NCBI GenBank assembly: GCA_977018835.1
Contig: OZ361260.1
Location: forward strand, 248,001 to 312,000
Length of the DNA stretch: 64,000 nucleotides
Reading direction: 5' to 3'
Source of the DNA: Minutocellus sp. GHC0000111
Taxonomy: Eukaryota
Part shown: positions 36,609-48,644 of the stretch, piece by piece
How positions within the stretch are numbered: position 1 is the first letter of the stretch
Layout: every line of letters begins with the position of its first letter
Program-made: the position numbers and the translations under genes
Notes under the pieces: model-generated
What the model saw: the letters and a program-made list of their open reading frames with translations, nothing else
Database searches by the model: none
What the model was told of the DNA's origin: nothing

Positions 36609-36651
36609 TAGGGTTAGGCCTAACCCTAACCCTAACAGTCGTCGGCAAGAT
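36595..36651. repeat. Interstitial head-to-head telomeric repeats flanked by a 14-bp direct repeat
   Basis: GTCGTCGGCAAGAT-TAGGGTTAGG|CCTAACCCTAACCCTAACA-GTCGTCGGCAAGAT. Confidence 0.92.
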
Positions 36652-37991
36652 CTTGGCATCTACTTTCAATGGTGCAGGTGCGGGTCATGAAGGACAGCTT
36701 CTTTTTTGGCTCGATGTGCATTTCCTTGGGACCGAAGCCGACATTGATAACGGGACTTGTAGTGACCGTGTTGGGGCGAAGATCTGGAGTGTAGTGAACC
36801 CGAATGCCGTCCGTAGCGATGGCTTGCCCCCCTTCAAGATAGTCGGCATCGCCGTCCGTGTCGTGAACATTGACGGAAATGGCTTGGACCTGACGTGATA
36901 AATAGTACGTGAAAGAGAGGAATGTTTGTTAGACATGGACTGTACTAGTATTTGCATTGGCGCATCAAGTTCGCAATCTGCCATAGCAATAGTATCAACT
37001 CACTCCAAAGCCCTTGCCAATGGCAACACCGGCGTTGGTGGGAACCCCCCAGATGGTCGCACCTGGCGCCCATCCACTGAATCCACCAACGGGGACGTTG
37101 CAATGGTCCGGGACACTATCGAGAGGGCGCCCTTCGATGTCCTCGGGCACGCGCGACGAGCATCCTTGAATTACAAAGTGATGCAAGTGTTTTGGCTGAG
37201 AGACCAAGGCCTCACCGAACACGATGTGAACGACATCTGGGTTATCGAAATCAAATTCAGGAATGTTGAACACAAAGTCTGTGTAGAAAAGAGATGAAGA
37301 GTGTACATGCAGAACATTAATTAGAGTGAGAGTGTAACTTCCCACACCGGCAAAGACAATCGCCCCATTGTACAAGGCGAGTCAACTTACCGACATAGGT
37401 TGTTGTTTCCTTCGGAATGGGGTAGTCTTTGATGCGAAATTCGAAGCTTCCCTGTCTTTCACCGGGATTGAAGGCGGCGGTGCCGGTGGGAGCGTCATCA
37501 TTGCCTTCGCCTTCTTCATCCATCGGAGGAGCAACGTCGGAACCATCGCAACTGGGACGTTGATATTCGTCGGAAGGAGTATGGTTGGCGTCGCCAGGAT
37601 GAGAGGGCACAAAGTTCAGCAGGTAATCAGAATCGCCACTGCCCCCGAATACACCAGCTACCCAAGTGCAGCAAGGGTCCCCCAGCTCTTCGCCGTTGGT
37701 GAATCCATCACCATCTGAGTCGGCCTGGCAGAGCTCTGTCGTCCACTCATATCCATTTTGTTTCCAGTCGAGTCCAAAGGGATTGAGATTCGGGTTACCA
37801 GCGACGCCCCCGGCACACGTTCCATGGCCAAGGCCCCGGCAGAATCCGCCGATGCAGGAGGCGTCGTCCTCGTCGAGACAAGGCACCCGCTCGCCGTTGG
37901 GAACCTTCGAACCAAATGAGGGGTAAGCCTCAACAACGCACACTTTTGCGAGGAAAAGGAAGGCAACGGTAGTCTGTAGTTGAAACCTCAT
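36632..37991 (-). pseudogene. Temptin-like domain plus copper type II monooxygenase (DBH/MOXD1-like), 3'-truncated; introns 37279-37390 and 36890-37003
   Basis: Signal peptide; NPFGLDW...CQADSDGDGFTNGEELGDPCC...SHPG (temptin-like); HLHHFVIQGC, GWAPG, DGIRVHYTPDLR. The frame ends in the telomeric insert before the C-terminal copper domain. Confidence 0.8.
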
Positions 37992-38557
37992 GGCTGCAAT
38001 GTACCGTTGATTTGTGAGATCGATCGATCGATCAGCTGAATGCTAAGTCGTACGTTGCACCTTGGTTGAGAAAGATGAGCTCGTATCGTCGTATCGTGCG
38101 AACAACAAGGACGAATTTTACGAGTTGAGATTCGTAGATTCGTAGGCTTTTGCTTTGAGCCCGGTCTTGCCTGCGGGGACGAACAAACGACACGAAATGT
38201 GACAATAGAGTCAGCTCTACGCTCGTAGCTCAGTGGATCGCGCGACGGGCTGAGATATTGCAGCTTCTCGCCGCAAATCACTTTGGAAGCACCTTCTCGA
38301 ACCACCTCAAACTGTTGGTCATGGTTCCTGGGATTGGGTGTTCGCGGCACTCAAATGGTTTGAATTTCTGTTTCTTATCTGTCATTGTGCCGGTTGTGAC
38401 TTGTGACTTTCTTCTCTGCTGGGCTTGTTGCCCCCCCCCCAGGCCCCCCCCCCCGGCCGCCCGCCGCCGCCGCGCGATCCGTCACTCCGCACTCCGCACC
38501 ACACCGCCGACCGTACTATCTAGTACCCTCAACCCTCAACATACGTCAGTGGATACG

Positions 38558-40683
38558 ATGAGACGAATCGCATTACCATGCTTCCTCCTGACCGCCCTGG
38601 GTTCTTCAAGCCAAGGCACGTTTGCATGGATCGGCGGAGATGCATCAGCACATGTTAACTTTCGGCGTCATCGCCTGTCACTCTCGGCAACCAATGATGC
38701 CGATGATGAGCCCTCCAAAAATGATGCTACTGATACACCGCCATTGGCCAGGCATGCACTATTAATACCCTCCTTTAGTGATGGTGTTGTGGAATCTCCA
38801 CCTGCCAAGGCCTTTTTAAAGTTGGGTATCGCAAAAGCACTAGCATCCGAACGCTCTCGCAAAGTGGAAGGTCAAGTGCGAGAGTCGGTGCTCTTCAGTC
38901 CATGTGCTGGACCAAGCATTGATCTTCTCAACACGTTGGAAGATATGGACAACGCCGTTGCATCTCTTTCACCGCCAGGTGGTGAGGAGTCGGCCACTCC
39001 AATGGACGCGTCGGAGATGGAGCGCAGGGCGAGCGACTTTCTCTCCATGTTGTCAAAGGCAGCAGCATCAAGTGATAAGGACGACGAGCCCGCATGTCAC
39101 TGCAGGATACTATATATTCCAACCGCCATGTATGCTCTCAATCCCGAAAGCAAGAACACTCCTGGGAAGCAAAGGCAGCGTGCCCGAGCTGATGGTAAGA
39201 AACGGCGCAATCTTGTTGTCAAGACAATCGAAGATCTTCTTGGTGAACATGGCGTGCACGTTGGACTTAGACGACGGATCCATCAAACAACCAGTTGGCT
39301 CGGACAATGACAGCTTATTTCCCAAGGATGGCAAGGAAGCACTTTCATCATGGAAGCCTCACTTAATATACGTTGAGGGAGGCAACTCGTTTTGGCTCCA
39401 GCATTGCATTGATAAAGGCGATTGGGTGGACGACATTGTGCGGGCATGTACTGGAAACGATGCAGCAGCAGCAGCAATTCCTCGCCTATACTATTGTTAC
39501 AAAAGGGTCTATGTCTAGATACCGCCCTACAGCTTGCTAACAAACTGATTTACCAAAGTGAATTGGTAGCGGGCCAACAAAATGAAGTGAATTCATTCTG
39601 AGGTTTCGTTTCTCCAGTTGGCCTGAGTTTCCCGTCCAAAGTTTCTCAGAGGTGTAAAGTTGTCGCGGTAGGGTAATGCAAGAACCCGAATGTCTAACCT
39701 CCTATGAAACCGATAATAAAAATAATCAACCAAAATGATAATGGTTGATTTTCCTTCGGTTTCCCAGTACTTGTCTCTCTACCTGCGGTAACATTCGACA
39801 CGTTCTGAGTAACGATGGAAAGGGATGAATATTTCGAGGCTCTCTTGTGGTCCCTCCGACTCCAGCTAGAGCCAGACATTGAGAGTAGGAGGTTTACAGT
39901 CCTCTAGGAGGACTTCGACCGAAGAAATAGTGTAGGACCTTTTCGTTCACGGCGTCTAACACCAAGGTAGGTAACTTGCAACGTATAGAACGCTACAAAG
40001 TCCCTCTCCGCGAGTAGAAATGCTGCTATGGCGCCCCAGCTAACTCTCGTCCACTACCGAGAGCTGCCTTGCGCGGTTGTTACTGTATGGTAATGGTGGT
40101 GGAGACTAACGGAGGGGTAGCCTCTCCGCTAAACCTCAAACCTCGAGTCCTGGAAACGCCAAAAAGACGATATCTCAGGAACCCCTAGACGGATTTTCTT
40201 CAAACCAAATGGTATTGAAGCGGAATCGTCTACTTGTAACAGTTCGACCTGTTTCAAAAGGTTAGAGGAGTTGCTATCGGGTAAACGAAAGGGGTTTTAC
40301 CTTAGAGGCTCTACCAGCTGTCGTCAGTCGTGGATTCAAAAATCGATGCGTCTGCAGTTTACGTCGGAAAGAGTGCTGGAGCTATCATTGCTGGTTCAAG
40401 GGTAGATACGGCAACATGGAAAGGATGGGATAATCCAGCAGTCGTTCCTGGAAAAGAGACGTATGATGACTGGTATGGCTATAAAGGAATGAGCTTTGCG
40501 GGGCCTGATACCTCAATATTTCCCCACATGGAAGAAACCTGGGAAGATCTGGTTCAGGAAAAGACAACACAAATGATCAAAGAGGATGGAAATTGTGTGA
40601 ATGTTTACTCCTTGCATGAATGGGAGGCTTGCTGCATTGATGGAGATGCCGAGAAGGTCTTTTTGGTAAGTGGAGAGCAATGA
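38558..40683 (+). pseudogene. Peptidase S51 (PepE-like) family protein, frameshifted and interrupted by an insertion
   Basis: ILYIPTAMYA, LIYVEGGNSFWLQH, VYVGKSAGAIIAG and IFPHM motifs. Frameshift near 39258; insertion at 39464-40343. Confidence 0.8.
39464..40343. mobile_element. 880-bp non-coding insertion with a 6-bp target duplication
   Basis: CGATGC at 39458-39463 and 40344-40349; removing the insert restores GNDASAVYVGKSAG. (GCA)n tract at the left end. Confidence 0.75.
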
Positions 40684-40728
40684 TAATCATTTCAATACTA
40701 ATAATCTTCAATTCTCTACGGGAGCTAG

Positions 40729-41209
40729 CTATCGCTCCGAGGTTGGCCACTCCTTAAGCCAACCCTTGATGTAATATCTCTGGTCAAAGTAATCCATCCA
40801 CGATTTCAATGACTCTATCTCTGAGGTAGAGAGACTATCCCAATCAATCCTATTGACATCTGCCTTATCCAATGACATTCTAGCCAGTGCAATGGTAGCG
40901 TCCCGTCCAGCCCATTGGTTGTACGAGCTTGCAAACAAGACCCTCCCGCTGCAAAGTATGTGCCACGTCCATTCTTTCCATCAAATTGTTTCAAATCTGA
41001 TAACGAATGCTGCTCCCGAATGAAGGAAACTTCCGCAACAAGGTGTTGTGCAATCGAACCATCGATTCACTCGGATGAAATGTCTCCTTCTGCATCTGCC
41101 TCATTGGATGCCGCGTTTGGTAATCGTAGGCAACGAATCCGAGCAGACCCGTCATCGACACGCCTCCAATCCCTCCGATAAACATCTTTGTCGCACTTTG
41201 TTGGCACAT
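40729..41209 (-). pseudogene. Cytochrome b5-like heme/steroid-binding (MAPR-type) protein, frameshifted
   Basis: TM segment, LSDLKQFDGKNG..TYFAAGG and YNQWAGRDATIALARMSL...LKSW lie in different frames, and the usual VYDV segment is missing. Confidence 0.7.
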
Positions 41210-41230
41210 TGCCTACAGATATCAGAATAG

Positions 41231-41346
41231 ATGTTGAGAGCAGTGTGCTTCAATAATGATGGTACGAATGTTGAGAGTAGTGTGCTTCAATAATGATGGT
41301 ACGAATGTTGAGAGCAGTGTAGTGTGCTTCAATAATGATGGTACGA
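41231..41346. repeat. Tandem repeat, 37-bp unit x3
   Basis: Unit ATGTTGAGAGCAGTGTGCTTCAATAATGATGGTACGA; the third copy has a 5-bp insertion. Confidence 0.92.
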
Positions 41347-41820
41347 AGCAAGCAGCATTAGCAGCATCCTCTGACTGAGACGGACGACGGGTGGACGTTG
41401 AAGGCATGGATTTATTCATTGCATTGAATTGATGGATTTGCTGCTGCTACGGCGGCGGCGGCCACCGCTTTTCCTTTCGTGCCAGACAATCTGGGGGTAG
41501 GCTGGTGATCCTTTTAACATTAGAAGCTGCCTGGGGTAACAGGGTTGATCTACACGCTGGTAGATCTCATGCAGACTTTGATGTTGCTCTGAGGTTTTCT
41601 GTCTCTGTTTCTTGTCTTGCTTCATTTCTTTTTTCCCTCTTGCGTGCTGAGACGGACGATTGCCGATTGTTGTTCTAGCTAGAGAGGTAGATAGGAATCC
41701 TAGATCAATTGCATGCAATTCCATAAAATTTTATCCAAATTGAACTACGCAACGCCAAATAGTACACGGCAATACTTCCTTCCATGCTTCCTTTGTTTTC
41801 TCTCTATAGCGACTACGTAG

Positions 41821-42321
41821 CTAAGAATAGAGGGCAGCTTCAGCCCGAATCTCGACAGCTGCATTGTGACCCATCTTGGCCTGAACGCAGAGTCTCGTCG
41901 GGAGGCCCTCGGGATCGACCCACTTGTCGTACACCTGATTCATTTCTTCAAAGTTCTCTGGCGATATGTCGGCAATGTAGATTGTAATGGCAATCAAGTT
42001 CTTCCTCTCGAGACCTGCTTCACTCAATATTCCATCCAGCTTTTGCAGAGCTTCCTCCGTCTGCTGCCCAGTGCTGGATGGCATCTTGGAAAAATCTCCG
42101 CAAAGGCCCTGCGTCCTGAGCACCCCTCCATAGATAACGTATTTCGACATGCGCCATGCCTTGATGCCCGGCGCTCGGATCGGTGGTGGAAATTGGCCCG
42201 CTGGTGTCTGCCTCGCTGCTACTTTGGCGATAAGGGCGCAGAGGATTGTGCAGCTGATGAATGCCGCAGCAGCAGTGGTCGTTGCATTCTGGCTGCTGCC
42301 CATGGTTGTGCCTAATTTCAC
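41821..42321 (-). CDS. Rid/YjgF/YER057c family protein
   Basis: QQTEEAL...IYIADI...FEEMNQVYDKWV...PTRLCVQAKM...VEIRAEA. Confidence 0.85.
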   Translation of the reverse strand: MKLGTTMGSSQNATTTAAAAFISCTILCALIAKVAARQTPAGQFPPPIRAPGIKAWRMSKYVIYGGVLRTQGLCGDFSKMPSSTGQQTEEALQKLDGILSEAGLERKNLIAITIYIADISPENFEEMNQVYDKWVDPEGLPTRLCVQAKMGHNAAVEIRAEAALYS

Positions 42322-42733
42322 TAACTGTACGTACTTTGCAAGGGGCTCGCTCGCGCTCGTGCTGTTTCTTTTATTTCAATCGCTTCCGCATGCCGTCGTA
42401 TCTGACTTTTTGGATTCGGCGACGGACGAACTTCGCTTCAGAACCAGAAACAACCCGGAAACCAGCGAGCAAGCATCTCCGATCTCCGGGCCATGATGTG
42501 CTCATTTTCACAACGAGCTTCCGAGTACTGGCTGCTTCAGACAAAGACCACGCGGCTCTATGACCCACACCACACTACTAGCCGTCTGCTTGCATTCTTC
42601 GACATTATTGTAATACTCTGCCGACAGAGTCTTTTCTTTGATATTCTGCGAATCCCGCCGTATCTCCTGGGCAGCCAAAATTTTAGTTGGGCAAAACGTA
42701 ATAAACGGCAACAAACTGAACAACTGACCGACA

Positions 42734-45205
42734 ATGGCGGCCTCCATCAAGATGGACGAGCTGCTCGTCTCGTGGCTGGGCAGCGATGCCGTCTATGAGA
42801 ACGTCATGTCGCTCATCGAAAAGAAGCGCCATGAGCCGCCGGCGCAGGAGGTTGCTGACGGCGAAAAGCCGGTAGATGGCGACGATAACGACGCATCGGC
42901 GGCCAACAGCAGCAATGACGGCACCAACGCCACGGCCAACACTAGCACCGCCGCCGGAGGAGAGGCGGACGGAGACGAGGAGGGCAGCAGCGTCGTGATT
43001 CCACCCTTCTACTCCCGTCCTCCGCCGTCCAGCCCGGGGAAGAAGGGCGGCCGACCCGCATCTGCCGCCGGCGCGCCGTATCCGCGGTACCGACGGCAGC
43101 TGTCGGGACCGTCGGCATTTGCCGATGACCAAACGTGGGAGGGCACCGGCGTCAAGGGGGCTGGATCTGGTGCGGGCGGTGGTCCCAACGACCCATCGCA
43201 GGGACAGCAGGCGGGCGATGGCGTGCTGGAGAACATGCCCACGTCTCCCGCCTCCAGCGACATCCAGACGGGAGCGAGCGCCGAGGGCGTTTCGTCCCCG
43301 TCCAGCGAACCTGGATTGGACACTGCCAACCCCGTCGGCTTGGAAGGCGCGGGCAGCACCGACGACGGTGGCGGAGGCGGCGGTGCCGGTGCTAGTGGAC
43401 CCGCTGGCGGCGGTACCAACGCCGCAAATGAACCGCTGCCCTGCATCCGCGATCAGGTTCGGGCCATCTACGATGAGCTGGCCGTGGGTGCCGACGGCCA
43501 GCAGCAACCTTTGAGCACCAAGAGTTCCGATGAGGAGGATGCGGAGGAAGACACCAAGGACGACGATACTGCGTACACCTCCCGATATCTACCAGTCGAT
43601 GCCTTTGTGAGAATCACCAAGGAGGTGTGTCAATTTCCCACCTTCTTCAATGCACCATTGTATCGGCGCATCCTCGATCAGTGGAATGCCAAGCATAATG
43701 GTGGTGCCGACAATGGTGCCTCACGTATACCGGCTTTGGGTCTCAATGCCACCGAAACCACGGACTCTGCCGATGCAACCAACGCGGCCGGCGGGGAGAT
43801 GGAGGTGGTTACGTATGGAATGTTCAAGTGGTACTGGACGACAGAGATGGAGGAGTACGATGCCTCCGAACGATTCTTCCGCCTCATCAAGCAGCCCGAT
43901 GCCGAATATATAGTCCGGGATGACTTCTTGCCCTACATCCAGGAACTGCTCAAGGACCATCCCGGTCTAGAATTCTTGTCGAATCATGCCGAGTTTCAGG
44001 AGAAGTATGCCATCACCGTCAGTGAGTTTTGCAGTTCTGCTCTCCGCGTTTGTCCAACCTTTGGTTTTCCGCGGAGAAGATTAGCTTTTCATTACCCTTC
44101 ATGACTCTCATCTCATCTAATTTCTCGCCTCCATCCCTTTCCCGAAACGAATCTACCCGTTTTGACTATATTAGTCACTCGCATTTTTTATTCCGTCAAT
44201 CGCTGCCACGATGGACGCATCACTTCTCGGCAGATACGTCGTTCGGACCTTATCGCGGCCTTCCAGCTTGTCGATGAGGAGGAGGACATCAATAAGGTCA
44301 CGCGGTACTTTTCGTACGAGCACTTTTATGTCCTTTACTGTCGTTTTTGGGAGTTGGATCACGACCGTGACTACCGAATCACTCGAGAGGATTTACTGAA
44401 GTATGGAGATCATTGTCTGAGTCATATGATCGTCGATCGGATATTTGATGCCGCGCCTCGGCCGTTTGTGGAGTCTGGTCCGTGGACTGGCGCCGAGGAG
44501 GGAGGTGATGAAGCTGCAGCTGCTGCCGCTGTAAATGACCCGGCATCACCTCCGCTTTCTCCGGCATCAGCAGATGTTAGCGATGCACCCGATAAGGATC
44601 AGGAGGTGCAGGATGGCGGCGACAAGACCAAGGGTACCAATCGTGAGTTTTTGTCCTACGAAGACTTCATCTTCTTCATGCTTTCTGAGGAGGATAAGGC
44701 CAACGAAATCTCCATTCGGTACTGGTTCAGCTGCATCGACGTTGACGGCGATGGCAGACTAAATAACATGGAAATGAGATCGTTCTATGCGGTTCAGCTT
44801 CACCGAATGCAGTGCATGGGCCACGAGGTTGTTCCCTTTGAGGATATGCTTTGCCAGATGATCGACATGATCAAGCCCGAGTGTAATGATTATTTGGTCC
44901 CCGAAGACTTCCTTAAGCCAGAGTGTGCCCAGGTGTCTGGTGCTCTATTTGATGCACTCTTCAATCTCAACAAATATCTCATGTTTGAGCAAAGAGACCC
45001 CTTTATGGAACGACAAAAGAGAGAAGATGAGTTTGATACGGACTGGGATCGATTCGCCTGCATCGACTACAACCGTCTGGCTATGGAGGAGGAAGCGCGT
45101 GAGGAAGAGGCCATGGAGATTGATTGGGTCACCGTAGATGATGAGGACGAAGATGGCGATGAGTACAATTCGATGGGTTTGAGCTCCAGTGAGGCGCCGT
45201 TTTAA
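42734..45205 (+). CDS. Protein phosphatase 2A B'' (EF-hand) regulatory subunit; intron 44022-44174
   Basis: HPGLEFL, ITRIFY, YFSYEHFYVLYCRFWELDHDRD, SEEDK, YWFSCIDVDGDG and FEQRDPF motifs. Confidence 0.95.
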
Positions 45206-45338
45206 GGACGGTATTTTTACTACGTAGCTAGCTAGTACGCTGTAGGCTAATCGGCACTGGTTCTCGCACTGCACAACTAAATAGATGTATTCTACGTAAT
45301 CGATTAAAATATGTCAGTAGAAATTTCCATCTTGGTTG

Positions 45339-47015
45339 TTATCTTTTATCTTCCTTCTCAGGATCGGTATCTGCAAAGTTCTCCTGGCCATGACGAAGAT
45401 TGGCGCCTGCCACTTCGGCAATGTATTCCGAGTCTCTCGGTTCATTAAACCCCAATGCCTCGCGGGCCTCTGCCATTAGGAAGACACTTCCACAAACAAC
45501 GAGTAACTCGTTTCCTTCAGCTGCCAATCGTAATCCAGACTTAACTTGCGCTGTAATGCCCCGGTCTTTCTCGTCGAAGTTTCCACCCTTCAGCCTGGGT
45601 TCGGCCTCAAGCATATCCTCCAACTTTGCGGCACGTGGATGGGCAGCTTCGACCAAATGAATGCGACTGGGATCACCAACCGTCGAAAGCAACGCTCTTC
45701 CACATGCCGCTAAATCCTTATCGCTCGAAAAGCCACACACTATTCGTTTCTTTTGAGAAGGATACGTCCGTTCGAGCTTTGACACTAATTGTACCATAGC
45801 ATCGGGGTTATGGGCGACGTCCAGAATAACTTGAACAGGATCGCCAGCCTCCGACTTGGCCTCTACGAGCTCAAACCGACAGGGGGGGCGGACCGACGTG
45901 CCCTTGGCAATATCTTCTTCGGTGGGATTATGCAAGGATGGACGGTTTTGTCTACTTACGATTTCTAGTGCTGCTCTTGCAATTCGAGAGTTCTCTGCGT
46001 CGTAATCAATGACGTTGCCTTCCTCCTCGGAGTCACTTTTGACAGTGGTGTCTTCAGTGCCCAAGACGTCCGCAACACCGTAAAATTTGCCTGACCCCTT
46101 CTCACGAGCACATTCTCTCAGCACTTCCAGCGGTACATTCGGCCCAACCAATACAGGGCGGTCTTTTTTAATAATACCACCCTTCTCAAGAGCAATCTCT
46201 TCCACAGTTTCTCCAAGTATTCGAGTATGTTCCAAACCAATGCTGGTAATGACACTAACAGCAGGTTCTTTGACGATATTGGTAGCATCCAACCGTCCTC
46301 CCAGTCCAGTCTCCAGCACAATGACATTGCACCCACTTTCAGCAAAGTGAAGAAATGCCAGAGCGGTAGTAACCTCGAAAAACGTCGCTGGTATGGAGTG
46401 CTCCTCGCAGGCGGCAAAGATTCGTGGAAGTCGATCTTCCACATCGGCCTCACTCATGAGCTGAGAGTTGACCTGCATACGTTCACGGAAGCTCGAAACG
46501 TGCGGCGATATGAATAGACCCACTGTGTTCCCATCGACTCCCTCCAACGTCTTGGCAATCTTGAGAGCCACAGATCCTTTCCCATTTGTGCCAGCAATGT
46601 GAATGATTGTAAGGTTGGGATTATCCATGGGGCTTCCCAGGACCTCATGAAGTCGTTCGATGTTTTCGAGTCCGAGTTTGACAGGGTGGAACAAATTGGT
46701 CATGTACAGTCTACGTACGAGCTTTTCGTATGTTGTGTAGCTAGGGTCCGACATGTCGGGCAGAGCAAATGGCAGATTGCTTGTGTTGATATCAACCTTT
46801 GATGGCGATGTTACACTGATCGTGCTGGTCGTCAAGCTGCGCACTGTCTGCGTTTGCTTTGTCGGCTCAGGCGGTACGGCCGTCGCTAGCAAGGCGATAG
46901 ACGGCGTGGGATGGCAAAGGAATGACCTATGCCCAAAAGGGTATCGTCTTTGACGAGCCGAAATGGAAGCAGCAGAGCGCCGAATAGCCAAGCCAAATGC
47001 GGCAGCTCGTTTCAT
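45339..47015 (-). CDS. folC: Folylpolyglutamate synthase / dihydrofolate synthase
   Basis: HIAGTNGKGS, SPHVSSFRERM, ETGLGGRLDATN, LDVAHNPDA and VCGSVFL motifs. Confidence 0.93.
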   Translation of the reverse strand: MKRAAAFGLAIRRSAASISARQRRYPFGHRSFLCHPTPSIALLATAVPPEPTKQTQTVRSLTTSTISVTSPSKVDINTSNLPFALPDMSDPSYTTYEKLVRRLYMTNLFHPVKLGLENIERLHEVLGSPMDNPNLTIIHIAGTNGKGSVALKIAKTLEGVDGNTVGLFISPHVSSFRERMQVNSQLMSEADVEDRLPRIFAACEEHSIPATFFEVTTALAFLHFAESGCNVIVLETGLGGRLDATNIVKEPAVSVITSIGLEHTRILGETVEEIALEKGGIIKKDRPVLVGPNVPLEVLRECAREKGSGKFYGVADVLGTEDTTVKSDSEEEGNVIDYDAENSRIARAALEIVSRQNRPSLHNPTEEDIAKGTSVRPPCRFELVEAKSEAGDPVQVILDVAHNPDAMVQLVSKLERTYPSQKKRIVCGFSSDKDLAACGRALLSTVGDPSRIHLVEAAHPRAAKLEDMLEAEPRLKGGNFDEKDRGITAQVKSGLRLAAEGNELLVVCGSVFLMAEAREALGFNEPRDSEYIAEVAGANLRHGQENFADTDPEKEDKR

Positions 47016-47547
47016 TGAGCACGTCAGCTGAGGGTGTGTGCAATTTGCCAGGACGACGAAGGAACGAGGAGTCGGAAAAATAGACTTGATAAAAAACACA
47101 GCAAAGAGTGCGGATCCAAGATATCTAACGCTCTGTGTGGGAGTGATTCTCATTTCCCCGCCTCTTTGGGGTGGCTGGGACGGGGATTGTGCCAGCCTGC
47201 CAGCCCAGCCAACAGTTCAGTTCAGAAGAATGAGCCACGCGTGAGCGACGCGAGGCGAGACGAGACGAGCGGTTGGGAGCGAGAGGACAGCGGGTGGTGG
47301 ACAGACCGAGAAAGCAAGAAAGAGCAAGCCAAGAGCTGAAAGGCGGCAGGCGAAAGGCGAAGGGCAGAGTGATGACTGAGTACCGGCACATGTACGGCAA
47401 CAGAAGAATGTTATAGTGTTGATGTGGTCCCTACTACGTCGCAGTAGATCCACCAGTAGCATCAGACGGGGAGAGAAAAGAAAGAGTCAACTTTAGAGTC
47501 GCGAGACAGCAATCTAGATTTTTTTCTACATAGAGAAGCGGAATTCT

Positions 47548-48453
47548 TTATGATGACGTTACTTTCTTCCTCTTCTTCTTCACCGGTGTCCTCTTTCTCT
47601 TCCTTGACGTATTTTTTCCTCCTGAAGCAGCAAACATTAGATTGGCGATGCTACTCATCCTCCTGCGAAGAGCCTCCTTTGAATCAAAATTCATTTCGTC
47701 ATTATACATCTCTTGGTAGAAGTGGTAGGCGTGGAATAGATTTAGCTCGTCACGGTTGAACACTCTGAACTCCTTGGGTCGAAAGAAAAGGACGGGCTTA
47801 TCAGCCGGGTCAACACGAGGTACAACAACAGTCTCGTTCAGGCTAAGATTGAAATGTACACTCGCTTCACTAGTACATGTAGAATGCAATTTCTTGGCCT
47901 GGAAAGCGGAAAGAAACGGGTTGGTAGTAGGGTTTACCTTCTTCTGGGTTGCAGTAGACGCTGCCGGCGGAGAGGGAAAGGGGTTTCTGTGCTGGAGAAG
48001 CCGGGCATCGGTTTTGCTCTTGCGTGTATCAGCGACAGCCTTGGTAAGCCTTTCCTTGGCAGCTTGATGAGAAGACTGAACGTTTTTGTAGATTTCCTTT
48101 CGGTCCACGATACTTCGAGTGGTACAAGTTGTTGGTAATTTATCATCGAATTGGGAATTCCGCCCCAAGTTTGTTTTGGCTCTACTCAGAGTTGTGGGAA
48201 GGGTAGAAACATTTCTCCACGAGACGGTATCATCATCGTTGTTGCCACTCTGTGCTGATGGAGGATCCTCGCCCCATCCACTCAAATATTTGATCGTGGA
48301 GGTAGACAAATCAAGCGAGGAAGTCAGCCAGGAGCTCACAGTCGAAGTGGGCCCTTCTGTATTTTGCTGCGGGCGTAAGCCTTCCATTCTCGGCTTGGAC
48401 CCTTCGCAAGTGGAAACGATTGGAGATCGGCTGATACTATCGAGGCTTACCAT
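47548..48453 (-). CDS. Hypothetical protein with a basic C-terminus
   Basis: 301-aa ATG ORF; no family recognised. Confidence 0.6.
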   Translation of the reverse strand: MVSLDSISRSPIVSTCEGSKPRMEGLRPQQNTEGPTSTVSSWLTSSLDLSTSTIKYLSGWGEDPPSAQSGNNDDDTVSWRNVSTLPTTLSRAKTNLGRNSQFDDKLPTTCTTRSIVDRKEIYKNVQSSHQAAKERLTKAVADTRKSKTDARLLQHRNPFPSPPAASTATQKKVNPTTNPFLSAFQAKKLHSTCTSEASVHFNLSLNETVVVPRVDPADKPVLFFRPKEFRVFNRDELNLFHAYHFYQEMYNDEMNFDSKEALRRRMSSIANLMFAASGGKNTSRKRKRTPVKKKRKKVTSS

Positions 48454-48644
48454 CGTGCTATGAAGTGAGTAACGTTGTAATTCAGAAATTCTTGAGCGAA
48501 AGATTTTTGTGTGAAGTAGAAATTTCTAGAGAAAGAAAGAATTGTACAGAATGGTCATCCACATACAAACCAGTCTTATAGGGTCCCCTAAGTATTACTC
48601 TGCTTCTTGGATGTACTTTGTATGTGTATCGGAACTTTAAGTCT

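Noticed and set aside
38219..38290. TAGCTCAGTGG resembling a tRNA D-arm / A-box
   Set aside because: No T-arm (GTTCRA) or acceptor-stem pairing follows.
40240..40330. CTGACGA...GAAAC on the minus strand as a hammerhead ribozyme
   Set aside because: The required stem II pairing between the motifs could not be formed.
39464..40343. Insert as a TGA=Trp coding sequence, or as a reversed/complement-only artefact of a gene
   Set aside because: Manual translation under these readings still gave frequent stops and no recognisable protein. An artefact is not fully excluded without reads.
41231..41346. 37-bp repeats as a possible CRISPR array (likewise the 57-bp pair at 54675-54788)
   Set aside because: Copies are directly adjacent with no unique spacers and no cas genes, in a eukaryotic context.
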